Positions 20,068-30,005 of a DNA stretch of 64,000 nucleotides are shown here, piece by piece. How positions within the stretch are numbered: position 1 is the first letter of the stretch; each line of letters opens with the position of its first letter. This stretch comes from Fibrobacteria bacterium (lineage in GTDB: Bacteria > Fibrobacterota > Fibrobacteria > UBA11236). The stretch is taken from contig JAYTHY010000096.1 of the NCBI GenBank assembly GCA_043732185.1, positions 1 through 64,000 on the forward strand. Reading direction: 5' to 3'. Under the pieces are notes generated by a model, which worked only from the letters and a program-made list of their open reading frames with translations, searched no databases and was not told the origin of the DNA. Both the position numbers and the translations under genes were made by a program.

Positions 20068-21465
20068 TTAGTCGACTTCCCATCGGCGAATGCTGTTGGT
20101 GCCTTTGCGCGCATGGATGGGATGCCCAAATACGAAAATCAATACATCGCCCTTTTTAACTAAGCCTAATCCCGTGAGCTCTAGAGCCACGCGTCGGAAA
20201 ATATCCTCCGGATTCGTCACGGGTTTGACCATCACGGGTGCGACACCATAATAAAGGGTGCTACGATTGTAGATATTCGCTTGTGTACAGGCGACAACTA
20301 CGGGCGTATTGCCGCGGAAGGTGGCGAGAATGCGGGGTGTGGTTCCAAACGAGCTGATGGCCACTACAGCCTTGGCGCCACTGATGCCACTCAGATATTG
20401 GCCGGCCTCGCAAACCAATGCAATGGTTTCCGGATGGGAAATGCCGACTATTTCCTCTTCCAAATTTTTTTCCGTGGTGCGAATGATGCGATCCATCATT
20501 TGTACGGCTTCCACCGGAAACTTGCCAGTAGCGGTTTCACCGGAAAGCATCAAAGCATCCACGCGAGCCAAGGCCGCAGTGGAAACGTCCGTCACTTCCG
20601 CTCGGGTAGGCCGAGCTGAGGTGGTCATGGTCTCCAGCATTTGCGTGGCGATGATGGTCACTTTACCCAATTCCCGGGCCAGTTGAATGGTATTGCGCTG
20701 TACCGTAGGAATCAGCTCCAAATCGAGTTCCACGCCCAGATCGCCTCGGGCCACCATCACCCCTTCTGCCGTTTCAACTATTTCGCGAAGGTTGGCGACG
20801 GCTTGCGCGCTTTCCACTTTGGCAATCACGGGAATCTTCAGATCCAGGGTCCCCATAAAACGTTTTATGGCTTTAACGTCGGCGCCATTTCGTATAAACG
20901 AAGCTGCCACCCAATCGAAACCCATCTTTTTAATAAATCGCAAATCCGCTTTATCCTTGACGCTGAGAACGGGCAAACCCAGGTCCACGCCAGGCACATT
21001 TAAGGATTTATTGGGACTGAGCGATCCTCCCCGGATGACGCGGCAATGCACTTTGACTCCGGAAATTCTCTGAACACGAATTTCCAGCTTACCATCATCA
21101 AGTAAAATACGCTGGCCCGGCTTGACCAGTTTTGCCAAACCGTTGAAGGAGATGCCAATGGTGCGGAGCGTGGGATTTCCTGGCTTGGGTACTACGGTAA
21201 TATCGCCGTTCGGTTCCAGCATATATTCCTTGGCATCCACCCTAACTTTGGGACCCATGAGGTCCGCCAATACCGCGCAAGGCATCTTGAGCTTGTGGGC
21301 AGCGGCGCGAATTGCCGACAGGTAACGGACGTGCTGTTCCTCGTTGCCATGCGAAAAATTTATTCGGAAGGCATTGGCTCCCGCCAAGATTAATTTTTCC
21401 AGAACACCCGGCACTTCCAAGGCTGGGCCCATCGTTGCCAAAATTTTAGATCTGCGTAGTATCAT
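20068..21465 (-). CDS. pyk: Pyruvate kinase
   Basis: KILATMGPA, RINFSHG, IAKVES, MVARGDLGVE, ATQMLETM, MLSGETA. Confidence 0.96.
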   Translation of the reverse strand: MILRRSKILATMGPALEVPGVLEKLILAGANAFRINFSHGNEEQHVRYLSAIRAAAHKLKMPCAVLADLMGPKVRVDAKEYMLEPNGDITVVPKPGNPTLRTIGISFNGLAKLVKPGQRILLDDGKLEIRVQRISGVKVHCRVIRGGSLSPNKSLNVPGVDLGLPVLSVKDKADLRFIKKMGFDWVAASFIRNGADVKAIKRFMGTLDLKIPVIAKVESAQAVANLREIVETAEGVMVARGDLGVELDLELIPTVQRNTIQLARELGKVTIIATQMLETMTTSARPTRAEVTDVSTAALARVDALMLSGETATGKFPVEAVQMMDRIIRTTEKNLEEEIVGISHPETIALVCEAGQYLSGISGAKAVVAISSFGTTPRILATFRGNTPVVVACTQANIYNRSTLYYGVAPVMVKPVTNPEDIFRRVALELTGLGLVKKGDVLIFVFGHPIHARKGTNSIRRWEVD

Positions 21466-21472
21466 ACATTGA

Positions 21473-21508
21473 ATTATAGCATCCCCAGCATCGGGTGGGA
21501 TGTATATT
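21473..21508. promoter_or_regulatory. Back-to-back -10 elements for pyk (minus) and GT2 (plus)
   Basis: Minus strand: TGC-TATAAT, 7 nt, ATG of pyk. Plus strand: TATATT (21503-21508), 7 nt, ATG 21516. Neither has an SD. Confidence 0.55.
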
Positions 21509-21568
21509 TTTTAGCATGACGGGAAAAAACATCTGCTAGTCTTCATCATTGTCTCTTTACTGACTGCC

Positions 21569-22690
21569 GTGTACACCGGGTTAATGGTCTTTTTTATCCG
21601 CGGCGCGTTGCTGCTAGGCCGTTCCCGTTCCGCAATTCCAGATGCCCCCGTCCAAGCGAACGCTGTGGCCTATGCAAGTGAAAAGACGGCCCTGCCAAGT
21701 ATTTCGGTAATCGTTCCTCTTCGCAATGAAGAACAATATGCTGCAGCTACATTGACTGCCCTATCTGAACAGGACTATCCCGGTGAGTGGGAAGTGCTCT
21801 GCGTCAATGACCGGTCCATGGATCGCACGGCAGAAATCATTCAGGAATTCTGTTTGAAAGATTCTCGCTTCAAAGTCGTGCATATTCCCATAGACTCGCC
21901 CACCATACCCAGCCCTAAAAAAAGAGCGTTGGCGGCCGGATTTGCTTTAGCCAAAGGTGCCATACTTCTGACCACAGATGCCGATTGCATGGCTCCCAAA
22001 GGTTGGATACAGTCCATGGCACGATGTTTTACCAACGATGTCGGCATAGTCCAGGGTCCCAAACGGATCCGTGGCAATGGCACGCTGCTTTCTCGTTACC
22101 AGGAACACGAGGTCTTTGGTTTGGTTAGCATCGAAGCCGCGACATTCGCCCTTGGTCATCCCATGATAGCCAGCGCCCCATCCCTGGCCTATCGCAAAGA
22201 ATTGTATGAACGGGTCGGCGGCTTTCAAAATCTGGAGGACACGGTTTCAGGTGATGACGACTTACTGGTGCGCAAGATGCAAAAAGAATCGCAATGGAAA
22301 GTAGCCTACAATCCTGCTCCCGATGCCTGTGTGACGACTTCGCCGGTGACGACGTGGCAAGGGCTTTTGCAACAGCGCGCCCGCTGGGCCAGCAATGGCG
22401 CCCATTATGAGGAAAAAGGCTTTGTAGGATTGCTCATCTGCATCTATGGATTTTACTGGTGGCTGGCACTGGGTCCGGCTCTAGCCGCGCTGGGTATAGT
22501 GCCCTGGTCGGCATTTTGGATACCCGCGATTATCAAGATTTTATTGAGCGGAATTTTCCTCAGCATCACGTCCAAAAAATTGGGGCATCAAGGCTTGCTC
22601 CGAGACCTCATCTGGTGTGAAATACTCCATGTACCGACTATTTTATTGGCTGTGCCCATGGGGCATTTGGGTTTGTACCGATGGAAATAA
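21569..22690 (+). CDS. GT2 family membrane glycosyltransferase (true 5' end uncertain; see frameshift finding)
   Basis: SVIVPLRNEE, VNDRSMD, TTDADC, SGDDDL, QQRARWAS (D,D,D,QxxRW), C-terminal TM helices. Confidence 0.88.
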   Translation: MYTGLMVFFIRGALLLGRSRSAIPDAPVQANAVAYASEKTALPSISVIVPLRNEEQYAAATLTALSEQDYPGEWEVLCVNDRSMDRTAEIIQEFCLKDSRFKVVHIPIDSPTIPSPKKRALAAGFALAKGAILLTTDADCMAPKGWIQSMARCFTNDVGIVQGPKRIRGNGTLLSRYQEHEVFGLVSIEAATFALGHPMIASAPSLAYRKELYERVGGFQNLEDTVSGDDDLLVRKMQKESQWKVAYNPAPDACVTTSPVTTWQGLLQQRARWASNGAHYEEKGFVGLLICIYGFYWWLALGPALAALGIVPWSAFWIPAIIKILLSGIFLSITSKKLGHQGLLRDLIWCEILHVPTILLAVPMGHLGLYRWK

Positions 22691-24345
22691 AAACGCATTA
22701 CATACTAGTGGTTCTGGGAAGCTTAATTTCCCACCTCCTGGTAAACGCCGCTCCCAAACCGGGGGCAGCCCCCGCCGATACGTCAGTCCGCGCCTCAGAT
22801 CCTTGCCGCGAGTTGATTGCAGGGCTGGTTTCCAATTCAATCAATGTTGAACCCTTTCTTCAAGTCGCTGCCTGTCGACTCCACTCAGAATCGGGTGATC
22901 GATCACCCAGCCAAAAGACGCAGGCTCGCTCCAATCCCTCCGATTCCATATTGAAAAGTAGGCTTCCCGATGATGTGAATTGGTATATCCGCCATTTGTC
23001 CCAATTTCGATCCCGCCGCGATTCCACTCGAGTGGTGAACATGGCATATTTGGTTGACGCAAAAAATTTGAAAAGCCCAGAGGTATTCCGGGAATTGGCG
23101 GAAGACTATTTAATGCTAAGCGATTCTTATCGCGCTGCCTTGGCATACCTGCACGTAGCCGAACGGGATAGCATGCAAAACGGCATGGTCCAGTACCAAT
23201 TGGAAAACTTAATGCGCACTTTAACCGCCGAAACGCCTACGACACAAATACTGGACTCGCTTACTGCCACCTTTGCCCCCACTCAGGCCAAATCGGCGGA
23301 CATCTTGGAAATGCTTTGTTGGCAATACCAGAATTATTCCTGCGCGTACCGGAATTTCATGACTTCCGTATCCTTGCGGAATCCCGGCCCGGCCACCATT
23401 CTAGATCGAGTGAATCGCCTGCAAACTTTTGGCCTTTTCGATAATGCCTCGTCCGTGTTGGACAAACTGGCATGGCGCACACTCTCCCAACTCTGGCAGA
23501 CCACGGCGCGTAATTTGTATTTGCACATTCGATTTCAATTAAAGGATTGGCATTCCATTGTCGCTGAAACGACGGTAACTGGCGAGGTACGTCAAAAGCC
23601 GCTCAGCGAAGAGGAAGTTTTTATTGTGGCCAACGCTCAGCTTAAGCTGGGAGATCCGGAAAAAGCCTTGTTTTGGTTGAAAAGGCTGGAAGAAAAAACC
23701 ACGCCTTCGCTTTGGTCGTTTCGAGGCCGGCTCCTCAAAGCTCAAAGTCTTTTAGCCCAAGGCCGGGCACAAGAAGCCGCCAATGTCCTCAAGGCATTGA
23801 AACAGGATCCCAAACGCCAGGAAGGAACCGGGCCTATTCTTTTTTGGCAGGGCTGCCTGGCTGTGGAGGGAGGCCATTTTGCAGCGGCCGAATCCTTGTT
23901 CGTTTTAGCTTCGGCCTATACCGGAAGCGAAGAGGCGCAGCGCGCGCTGGAATACCGGTTTTACCTGATGCAAGACACGGGGGAGGCGCGCCCCCACTTT
24001 TTTCGGGGTTTGATAGAATCACCACATGACAACCCAACCCGCCTCAAATCCATGCTGCGCGTCTCTCAAAGTTCACCGCTTTGGCCCCATGCCCAGCTTG
24101 AAAAAGCCCAAATTCTGGTGCAAATGGGCCTGGTAGACAGTGCTGAAAAGGTCCTGGATTTTGCCGCACATCATAGCCAGGATCGCTTGGCAGGCCTGCA
24201 TGCGGAAGCTAAAGCAGCCTTTTTAGTGGAAAAATTTTCTGGTGGACGACAGGCCGCTCTTGCCAGATACGGGGACCTACTGATAAAATATCAACAAGGT
24301 GTTATCCCGGAATTTTCCCGGGAAAGGATCAAGGCCTTGAAATGA
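22681..24345 (+). CDS. Secreted TPR-like helical repeat protein
   Basis: N-terminal signal peptide and repeated TPR-like helices; overlaps the GT2 stop codon. Confidence 0.65.
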   Translation: MEIKTHYILVVLGSLISHLLVNAAPKPGAAPADTSVRASDPCRELIAGLVSNSINVEPFLQVAACRLHSESGDRSPSQKTQARSNPSDSILKSRLPDDVNWYIRHLSQFRSRRDSTRVVNMAYLVDAKNLKSPEVFRELAEDYLMLSDSYRAALAYLHVAERDSMQNGMVQYQLENLMRTLTAETPTTQILDSLTATFAPTQAKSADILEMLCWQYQNYSCAYRNFMTSVSLRNPGPATILDRVNRLQTFGLFDNASSVLDKLAWRTLSQLWQTTARNLYLHIRFQLKDWHSIVAETTVTGEVRQKPLSEEEVFIVANAQLKLGDPEKALFWLKRLEEKTTPSLWSFRGRLLKAQSLLAQGRAQEAANVLKALKQDPKRQEGTGPILFWQGCLAVEGGHFAAAESLFVLASAYTGSEEAQRALEYRFYLMQDTGEARPHFFRGLIESPHDNPTRLKSMLRVSQSSPLWPHAQLEKAQILVQMGLVDSAEKVLDFAAHHSQDRLAGLHAEAKAAFLVEKFSGGRQAALARYGDLLIKYQQGVIPEFSRERIKALK

Positions 24346-24358
24346 AAGCTTGGTAGAA

Positions 24359-24604
24359 ATGAGCATTCGTTGGATTCGAAATGTAGTCGTCGATGGAAGG
24401 CAATCCACCTTGGAAGTCCTGCTTGGCGATCACAGCATTGCGGACAAGTGCTATATCCGTATGAATCAAGAAGAAGAATTCTGGTTTCGTCCCGAAACGG
24501 ACAACCGCGATCAGGTTTTGCAGCAAGGTATTGACATATTGAAACATCGCCTTAAGGGTAAAAACGTCTTAGCCTCCAACGGTTCTGCCTTCCCCTGGCA
24601 CTGA
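24359..24604 (+). CDS. Small hypothetical protein (~81 aa)
   Basis: Compact ORF with protein-like composition between the TPR and DUF3536 genes. Confidence 0.6.
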   Translation: MSIRWIRNVVVDGRQSTLEVLLGDHSIADKCYIRMNQEEEFWFRPETDNRDQVLQQGIDILKHRLKGKNVLASNGSAFPWH

Positions 24605-24643
24605 TCGCGCCCTTTTCAGAATTTGGTACATTTTGTGTGACCT

Positions 24644-27115
24644 ATGACTATGCCCGGCCATAATCGTTATTTCTGTGTCCATGGACATTTTTACCAACCT
24701 CCTCGGGAAAACCCGTTGATGGAACAGGTAGAGCTCCAGCCTTCGGCACTGCCGGCCCATGACTGGAATGAACGTGTCTTTGTCGAGTGTTATGCCCCCA
24801 ATGGCGCCTCGCGTATTCTGGATGACAAAGGCCGCATCCAGGATATCATGAACAATTACGCTTACATGAGTTTCAATATCGGACCCACGCTGTTTTCCTG
24901 GCTGGAAGAAAAACATCCGTATACCTATTCCCGGCTTATGGAAGCGGACCGGGAAAGCTGCAGTCGACTCGACGGCCACGGGAATGCCATGGCTCAGGTA
25001 TACAACCACGTCATTATGCCTCTGGCTTCGGAAGAACAGAAACGCTTGCAGATCATGTGGGGCATAGCGGACTTCCAGCGACGTTTCAACCGTCTACCAG
25101 AAGGCATGTGGCTGGCGGAGACCGCTATCAATATGGCCACGGTGGTCAGCCTGATTCGTGCGGGAATCAAATATACCGTGCTCGCACCTACGCAGGCGCA
25201 AAGCGTCCGGTCCCTGCATTCGGATGGTTGGAATGACGTATCCGATAACAAAATTGACACGCACCGGCCTTATCGTATTTTCCCCATCGCCGATGACGGC
25301 ACGCCGATGGAAAAGGGTTACCTGGACGTCTTTTTTTATAACGGTCCGCTTTCCCATGGTGTGGGCTTTGATCATTTGCTTACCAATGCCAACCGATTTG
25401 GCGAGCGCATTTCCGACTCTTTTGCCCAGGATAAATCCGAAGATCAGTTGGTGACGGTTTGCACGGATGGAGAATCCTATGGCCATCATGAACCCTTTGG
25501 AGACATGTGCGCGGCCTATATGTTCCGCGATGTTGCACCCCGCCTTAACATGGTGCCCGTCAATTATGCCTGGTACCTTGCCACGCACCCGCCTCAACAT
25601 GAAGTACGACTCAAGAATGCGCATGGACTGGGAACGGCTTGGTCTTGCGCCCATGGCGTCGGACGTTGGAGTGAAGATTGTGGTTGTTCCGATGGTGGCC
25701 AGCCCGGTTGGAATCAGAAATGGCGCGGCCCATTGCGCGAAGCATTCAACCGCCTCTATAAGGAATCGGAAACGTTCACTGAAGTAGCCGGGCCAAAATA
25801 CTTTCGATCCTGGTCCGCAGCCAAGGACTCCGCTTGCTTGTCCTGGCAACTGAACGCAACCCACGTTAAGGAATGGTGGGATGCCCATTTGATTCCAGGC
25901 GTAGACCGTACTGCAGCGGTTGCGACCATCGAAATCTTGCGCTATTCACATTATATCTTCACAAGCTGCGCCTGGTTCTTTTCCGATATCAGCGGAATTG
26001 AGACAGTCCAAAACTTGAAATATGCAATTCGTGTTTTACATCTTCTGGAAGTACGAGGAGTAACATCCCAGTTACGTAGGGATTTTTTGCAATTGCTTGG
26101 GCAGGCAAAATCCAACCTTTCAGGCAAAACCGGCGATCACATTTTTATGGAATTGGAAGCGGAAACCCTTCCAGCGCACGCTTACTTGGCGCTGGGCCAA
26201 TGGGTCAAAGCCTTTAGTGGAGAACCATTTGCCTACGCCGAAAGTCCAGCCTGGAAACTCACGACTGAATTACAGCGCAGCTTTGGGATATGGACCATTC
26301 GCGAGACACATTTCCAACACCAGATAAGTGGAGACGTGCAGTCGGCTTGGCTTGTGTATCATCAGGATGGATTCGATGTGGACATCATGGCCTTTTGCCA
26401 TAACCCGGAAACTCCGCTTCAGAATTGGGAGCCAACGGCCAACCCACATGCCGAGACTCCGGAACTTTGGCTTTATCCACTCAAGCCTTTCACCTTGACT
26501 GCCAAAATGTTGCCACCGGACATTAAAGAAAAGATGGCCATTCACCTTAAAAATTCTTTCTGGGAAGACTCGCGGGAAGAAGTCCGCCTCCAGGAATGGC
26601 GCTTGGCCATTAAGGAAAAACAGTTTCGACGCCTCGGTTGGCCGTTGCCAGGCAGTGTTTTGCAAACCCTGCATATTATTGAAAACTTTAGACTCGTAGA
26701 AGCCTTGCTCTCAGGTCTGCAAAAAAATGACATCAATGAAATGCTACGAGCCCTGGTCATGGCCACGCACCTGCGCAGTCAGGGAATTATTGCCCATCTT
26801 GGACCTGCCAAACGGAAATTGCACAACTTTTTGGTCGTTTTCAGCGGTCAAATTATGAATTCATCCGAAAAATTGGATTTGAAGCCGTTTTTTGTGCTTC
26901 TTGATTTGGTCGACACCCTAAAACTGAACTCGGAACGCTATAGAATTGAGAATTTAGCCTTTCCCATCTTAAATGCCCTAAATTCCTGGAAAAATACAGG
27001 TCAATTCTCCATGAAATTCGAACTCGAGGACGCTATTTTGCTTTTGGATAGATTAAATTTTAACACGGAAGCGGTTAAATCGTATCTTGATTCCAAGAAA
27101 GCGGCGGATCCATGA
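24644..27115 (+). CDS. GH57 / DUF3536 domain glycoside hydrolase
   Basis: HGHFYQPPRENP, ECYAPN, WLAETA, TDGESYGHH, WSCAHGVGRW, FTSCAWFF. Confidence 0.9.
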   Translation: MTMPGHNRYFCVHGHFYQPPRENPLMEQVELQPSALPAHDWNERVFVECYAPNGASRILDDKGRIQDIMNNYAYMSFNIGPTLFSWLEEKHPYTYSRLMEADRESCSRLDGHGNAMAQVYNHVIMPLASEEQKRLQIMWGIADFQRRFNRLPEGMWLAETAINMATVVSLIRAGIKYTVLAPTQAQSVRSLHSDGWNDVSDNKIDTHRPYRIFPIADDGTPMEKGYLDVFFYNGPLSHGVGFDHLLTNANRFGERISDSFAQDKSEDQLVTVCTDGESYGHHEPFGDMCAAYMFRDVAPRLNMVPVNYAWYLATHPPQHEVRLKNAHGLGTAWSCAHGVGRWSEDCGCSDGGQPGWNQKWRGPLREAFNRLYKESETFTEVAGPKYFRSWSAAKDSACLSWQLNATHVKEWWDAHLIPGVDRTAAVATIEILRYSHYIFTSCAWFFSDISGIETVQNLKYAIRVLHLLEVRGVTSQLRRDFLQLLGQAKSNLSGKTGDHIFMELEAETLPAHAYLALGQWVKAFSGEPFAYAESPAWKLTTELQRSFGIWTIRETHFQHQISGDVQSAWLVYHQDGFDVDIMAFCHNPETPLQNWEPTANPHAETPELWLYPLKPFTLTAKMLPPDIKEKMAIHLKNSFWEDSREEVRLQEWRLAIKEKQFRRLGWPLPGSVLQTLHIIENFRLVEALLSGLQKNDINEMLRALVMATHLRSQGIIAHLGPAKRKLHNFLVVFSGQIMNSSEKLDLKPFFVLLDLVDTLKLNSERYRIENLAFPILNALNSWKNTGQFSMKFELEDAILLLDRLNFNTEAVKSYLDSKKAADP

Positions 27116-27372
27116 TCTCGGAGACACTTCTTATACTCACCATCCTCGCGGCCGTATTCATTACGGGAGCTTCCGTTGGGCAATTGATGCTTCGATTGCG
27201 ACTCGCCCGGATGGAGCGCACGAATTTGGAAATGGAACAAAAACGTGTCGTCGATTTAAAAAAAGCGATCAATGCTCGAGCTATCATTATTGAACGGCGC
27301 CAACCTACCCGCTTCGAACAGGATGTTCAAGAAGAGATTGATGAAATCCTCGGCGACATAGAGAACTCCTGA
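27112..27372 (+). CDS. Small single-TM, coiled-coil hypothetical protein
   Basis: ATGA overlap with the DUF3536 stop; hydrophobic N-terminus followed by a charged helix. Confidence 0.6.
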   Translation: MISETLLILTILAAVFITGASVGQLMLRLRLARMERTNLEMEQKRVVDLKKAINARAIIIERRQPTRFEQDVQEEIDEILGDIENS

Positions 27373-27498
27373 CCGCAAGCCCTAAGCTAGGCGCAGGATT
27401 GCCCATCCCATAAATTCTCACTTGTCGATACGTTTCCCTACCCTCTTGAGTTCTCGATCCAATCCCGACCGAGGAAAAAATATTTCGCAGGAGACAGC

Positions 27499-29190
27499 AT
27501 GATTCCCATCCTCACTTTGGCTGAGATGAAGGACGTCGAACGGCGGACCACAAGCGAATACGGGCTTAGTGAATACGATATGATCATGAGCGCCGGTGAA
27601 GCGGTTTTCGAAACCATCAAAACCATGATGGAAGGTTTTGAAGATGAGGATGATCTGGACGACGAACCTATGATCGATCCACTGGGAAACCCGTCCGACG
27701 AGCCAGGTCCACGCATCCCAGCCCCACATGAAGAGAGTATCGCGTTTGTTTGTGGTCCCGGACATAATGGAGCCGATGGTTTGGCCGCAGCCTTATTGGC
27801 CGCGCAGGCAGGCTATGTTGTAGTGATCTATCAGACGCCTTCCGACCGGGGTTTTTCCCCGGAAACAGAAAAACTGCATCAACAAGTGGCCGATGCGGAC
27901 TTAACCATCAATTTTATCCGATCCCCACTGGACCTTCCGGTTTTCCAGGATGTCACCTTAATTGTGGATGCCTTGCTCGGCAGTGGCATCACCCGCAATC
28001 CTGAAGGATTGATCCAATCTTGTATTTTTGGAATGAACCAAAGTGGCGTGCCCATAGTTTCCGTGGATGTGCCTTCTGGTATACGCTGCGACACAGCGGA
28101 TGCGACAACCGGGGCGGTGGAAGCATCGGCCACCGTATGCTTGGGTGCGATGAAATTGTCCGCGGCGTTTTACCCCGCTTCACTTTCTTACGGAAAGATT
28201 GGTTATAGCCCCATCTGCTTCGATGAAAGATTGTTGATGAGCCAGCCTTCTCGTATGCGGCTCTACACACTTGATGATGCCATAACCGATTATCCTGAAC
28301 GCGATTATAAAGCCAATAAATACAATACTGGAAAGGTGCTGGTGATTTCCGGGTCGCGCGGTATGCATGGCGCCGCCGCCCTTTGTTCCAATGCCGCCCT
28401 CAGAGCTGGAGCCGGAATCGTAAAATTGGCTTACCCGGCCGGTATCCACAATGAGACCACGGTGCATATTCTCGAAGTGATCGGCGTCCCGATTGGCGCC
28501 GTTCAGGGAATTGGCGCCCAGGGTCCGGGTCATTTTCGACTAGAACATTTGGACGAACTGGTTCCCATGTTGGAATGGGCGGACAGTATTCTAGTAGGTC
28601 CTGGATTGGGAAAACATCCGGAAACATCTGACTTTCTCAATGCCCTGATCCCCTTGCTCAATGGGAAGCGCGCCGTAGTAGATGGTGAAGCCTTGGATTA
28701 TTTCCAACCCGATTTCGCTCGCACCCACACCGACCTTAGGGGGTTCGACAATTTTGTTATTACCCCTCATGCGGGCGAATACAAAAGAATGGGTGGAGAA
28801 TATGATTATGATGAGCCAGGTGAATTGATAAAAACGGTGCGGACCTTTTCTCAAACCAGAAATCTCAACGTGGTGCTGAAAGGCGCAACAACTTTATTCG
28901 CATCACCGGATGGACGGGTTGCAGCTTTGCCGGTTGGCAATCCAGGCATGGCCACGGCCGGCTCCGGAGATGTGCTGGCCGGGATCATCGCAGGATTGCT
29001 AGCCGTTAAGCCATGCGATCAAGCCGCCACCTTTGGCGTTTACGCCCACGGAAAGGCCGGGGATTTGGCGCGGAAGGATCGGGGAACTTTGGGCCTTGTG
29101 GCCTCCGATTTGTTGCTGTACTTGCCAATGGCTTTGGTTGAAATCGAAGAAGGCGGTGAAGACGATCCGGAAGACTGGATCGGCGACTAA
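27499..29190 (+). CDS. nnr: Bifunctional NAD(P)H-hydrate epimerase/dehydratase (YjeF/Nnr)
   Basis: CGPGHNGADG, VDALLGSG, DVPSG, GPGLG, TPHAGE, GNPGMATAGSGDVLAG; GGAG SD. Confidence 0.92.
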   Translation: MIPILTLAEMKDVERRTTSEYGLSEYDMIMSAGEAVFETIKTMMEGFEDEDDLDDEPMIDPLGNPSDEPGPRIPAPHEESIAFVCGPGHNGADGLAAALLAAQAGYVVVIYQTPSDRGFSPETEKLHQQVADADLTINFIRSPLDLPVFQDVTLIVDALLGSGITRNPEGLIQSCIFGMNQSGVPIVSVDVPSGIRCDTADATTGAVEASATVCLGAMKLSAAFYPASLSYGKIGYSPICFDERLLMSQPSRMRLYTLDDAITDYPERDYKANKYNTGKVLVISGSRGMHGAAALCSNAALRAGAGIVKLAYPAGIHNETTVHILEVIGVPIGAVQGIGAQGPGHFRLEHLDELVPMLEWADSILVGPGLGKHPETSDFLNALIPLLNGKRAVVDGEALDYFQPDFARTHTDLRGFDNFVITPHAGEYKRMGGEYDYDEPGELIKTVRTFSQTRNLNVVLKGATTLFASPDGRVAALPVGNPGMATAGSGDVLAGIIAGLLAVKPCDQAATFGVYAHGKAGDLARKDRGTLGLVASDLLLYLPMALVEIEEGGEDDPEDWIGD

Positions 29191-29960
29191 GACTTTTTCA
29201 GGCCTGCTACCAAAACTTCATGCAATAAACCATTCGACGAAATAGCGCTTTGTTCGATAATGGAGACGTTACCGCCAAATGCGGAAAAGGTACCGCCAGC
29301 CTCAGGAATTATGACGGCAAAGGGTGCGATATCCCAAATTGAAACAATGGGATCCGCCATTGCTTCCGCCCTTCCGGCGGCTACCAAAAAATGTCCGTAG
29401 CAATCGCCCCAACCCCTATGTAACTTGGCTCGACTCCGTAAGTCCGACCAACCTGGACCGTAACCCAGGCGTTCCATGGTAGTAGCACTGCCATCGAGAA
29501 TCAAGGCCTCTTCCAGCCTAGAGACATTGGAAACTCGGCAAGACTTTCCATCCAGGACACAGCCTCCACCCATACTGGCAGCCATGATATGGCCCAAAGC
29601 AGGCAATGCTACCACGCCTACTACCGGTCGACCTTTTTCCAGGAGTGCCAGCAATGTGCCAAATAAGGGAACGCCATGAATGAAAGCTTTGGTTCCATCG
29701 ATTGGATCAATGACCCATTCCCTATCTGCGCTACCGGCTTGAGTTCCGAATTCTTCACCGATTATGCCGTAATCGGGTGTGTGATTGGCCATCATGTTTC
29801 GTAAGATTTCTTCCGATTGCTTATCTGCGAGAGTAACGGGACTATTGTCCGACTTGGTCTCTACCTGAAGTGCAGTCTGGAAATGAGACAGGACTATTTT
29901 CCCGGCCACGGCAGCCATTTCCAATGCGAATTCCAACTCTTGTTGATAGGCTGGCTTCAA
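29187..29960 (-). CDS. hisN: Inositol monophosphatase family, histidinol-phosphatase-like
   Basis: KSDNSPVTLAD, GEEFG, WVIDPIDGTKAF, GWGDCYG, WDIAP. Confidence 0.8.
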   Translation of the reverse strand: MKPAYQQELEFALEMAAVAGKIVLSHFQTALQVETKSDNSPVTLADKQSEEILRNMMANHTPDYGIIGEEFGTQAGSADREWVIDPIDGTKAFIHGVPLFGTLLALLEKGRPVVGVVALPALGHIMAASMGGGCVLDGKSCRVSNVSRLEEALILDGSATTMERLGYGPGWSDLRSRAKLHRGWGDCYGHFLVAAGRAEAMADPIVSIWDIAPFAVIIPEAGGTFSAFGGNVSIIEQSAISSNGLLHEVLVAGLKKS

Positions 29961-30005
29961 CGTCCCCTCCGAATTCTTTTTTTCCCAGTATGCATTATAG
30001 TTTCG

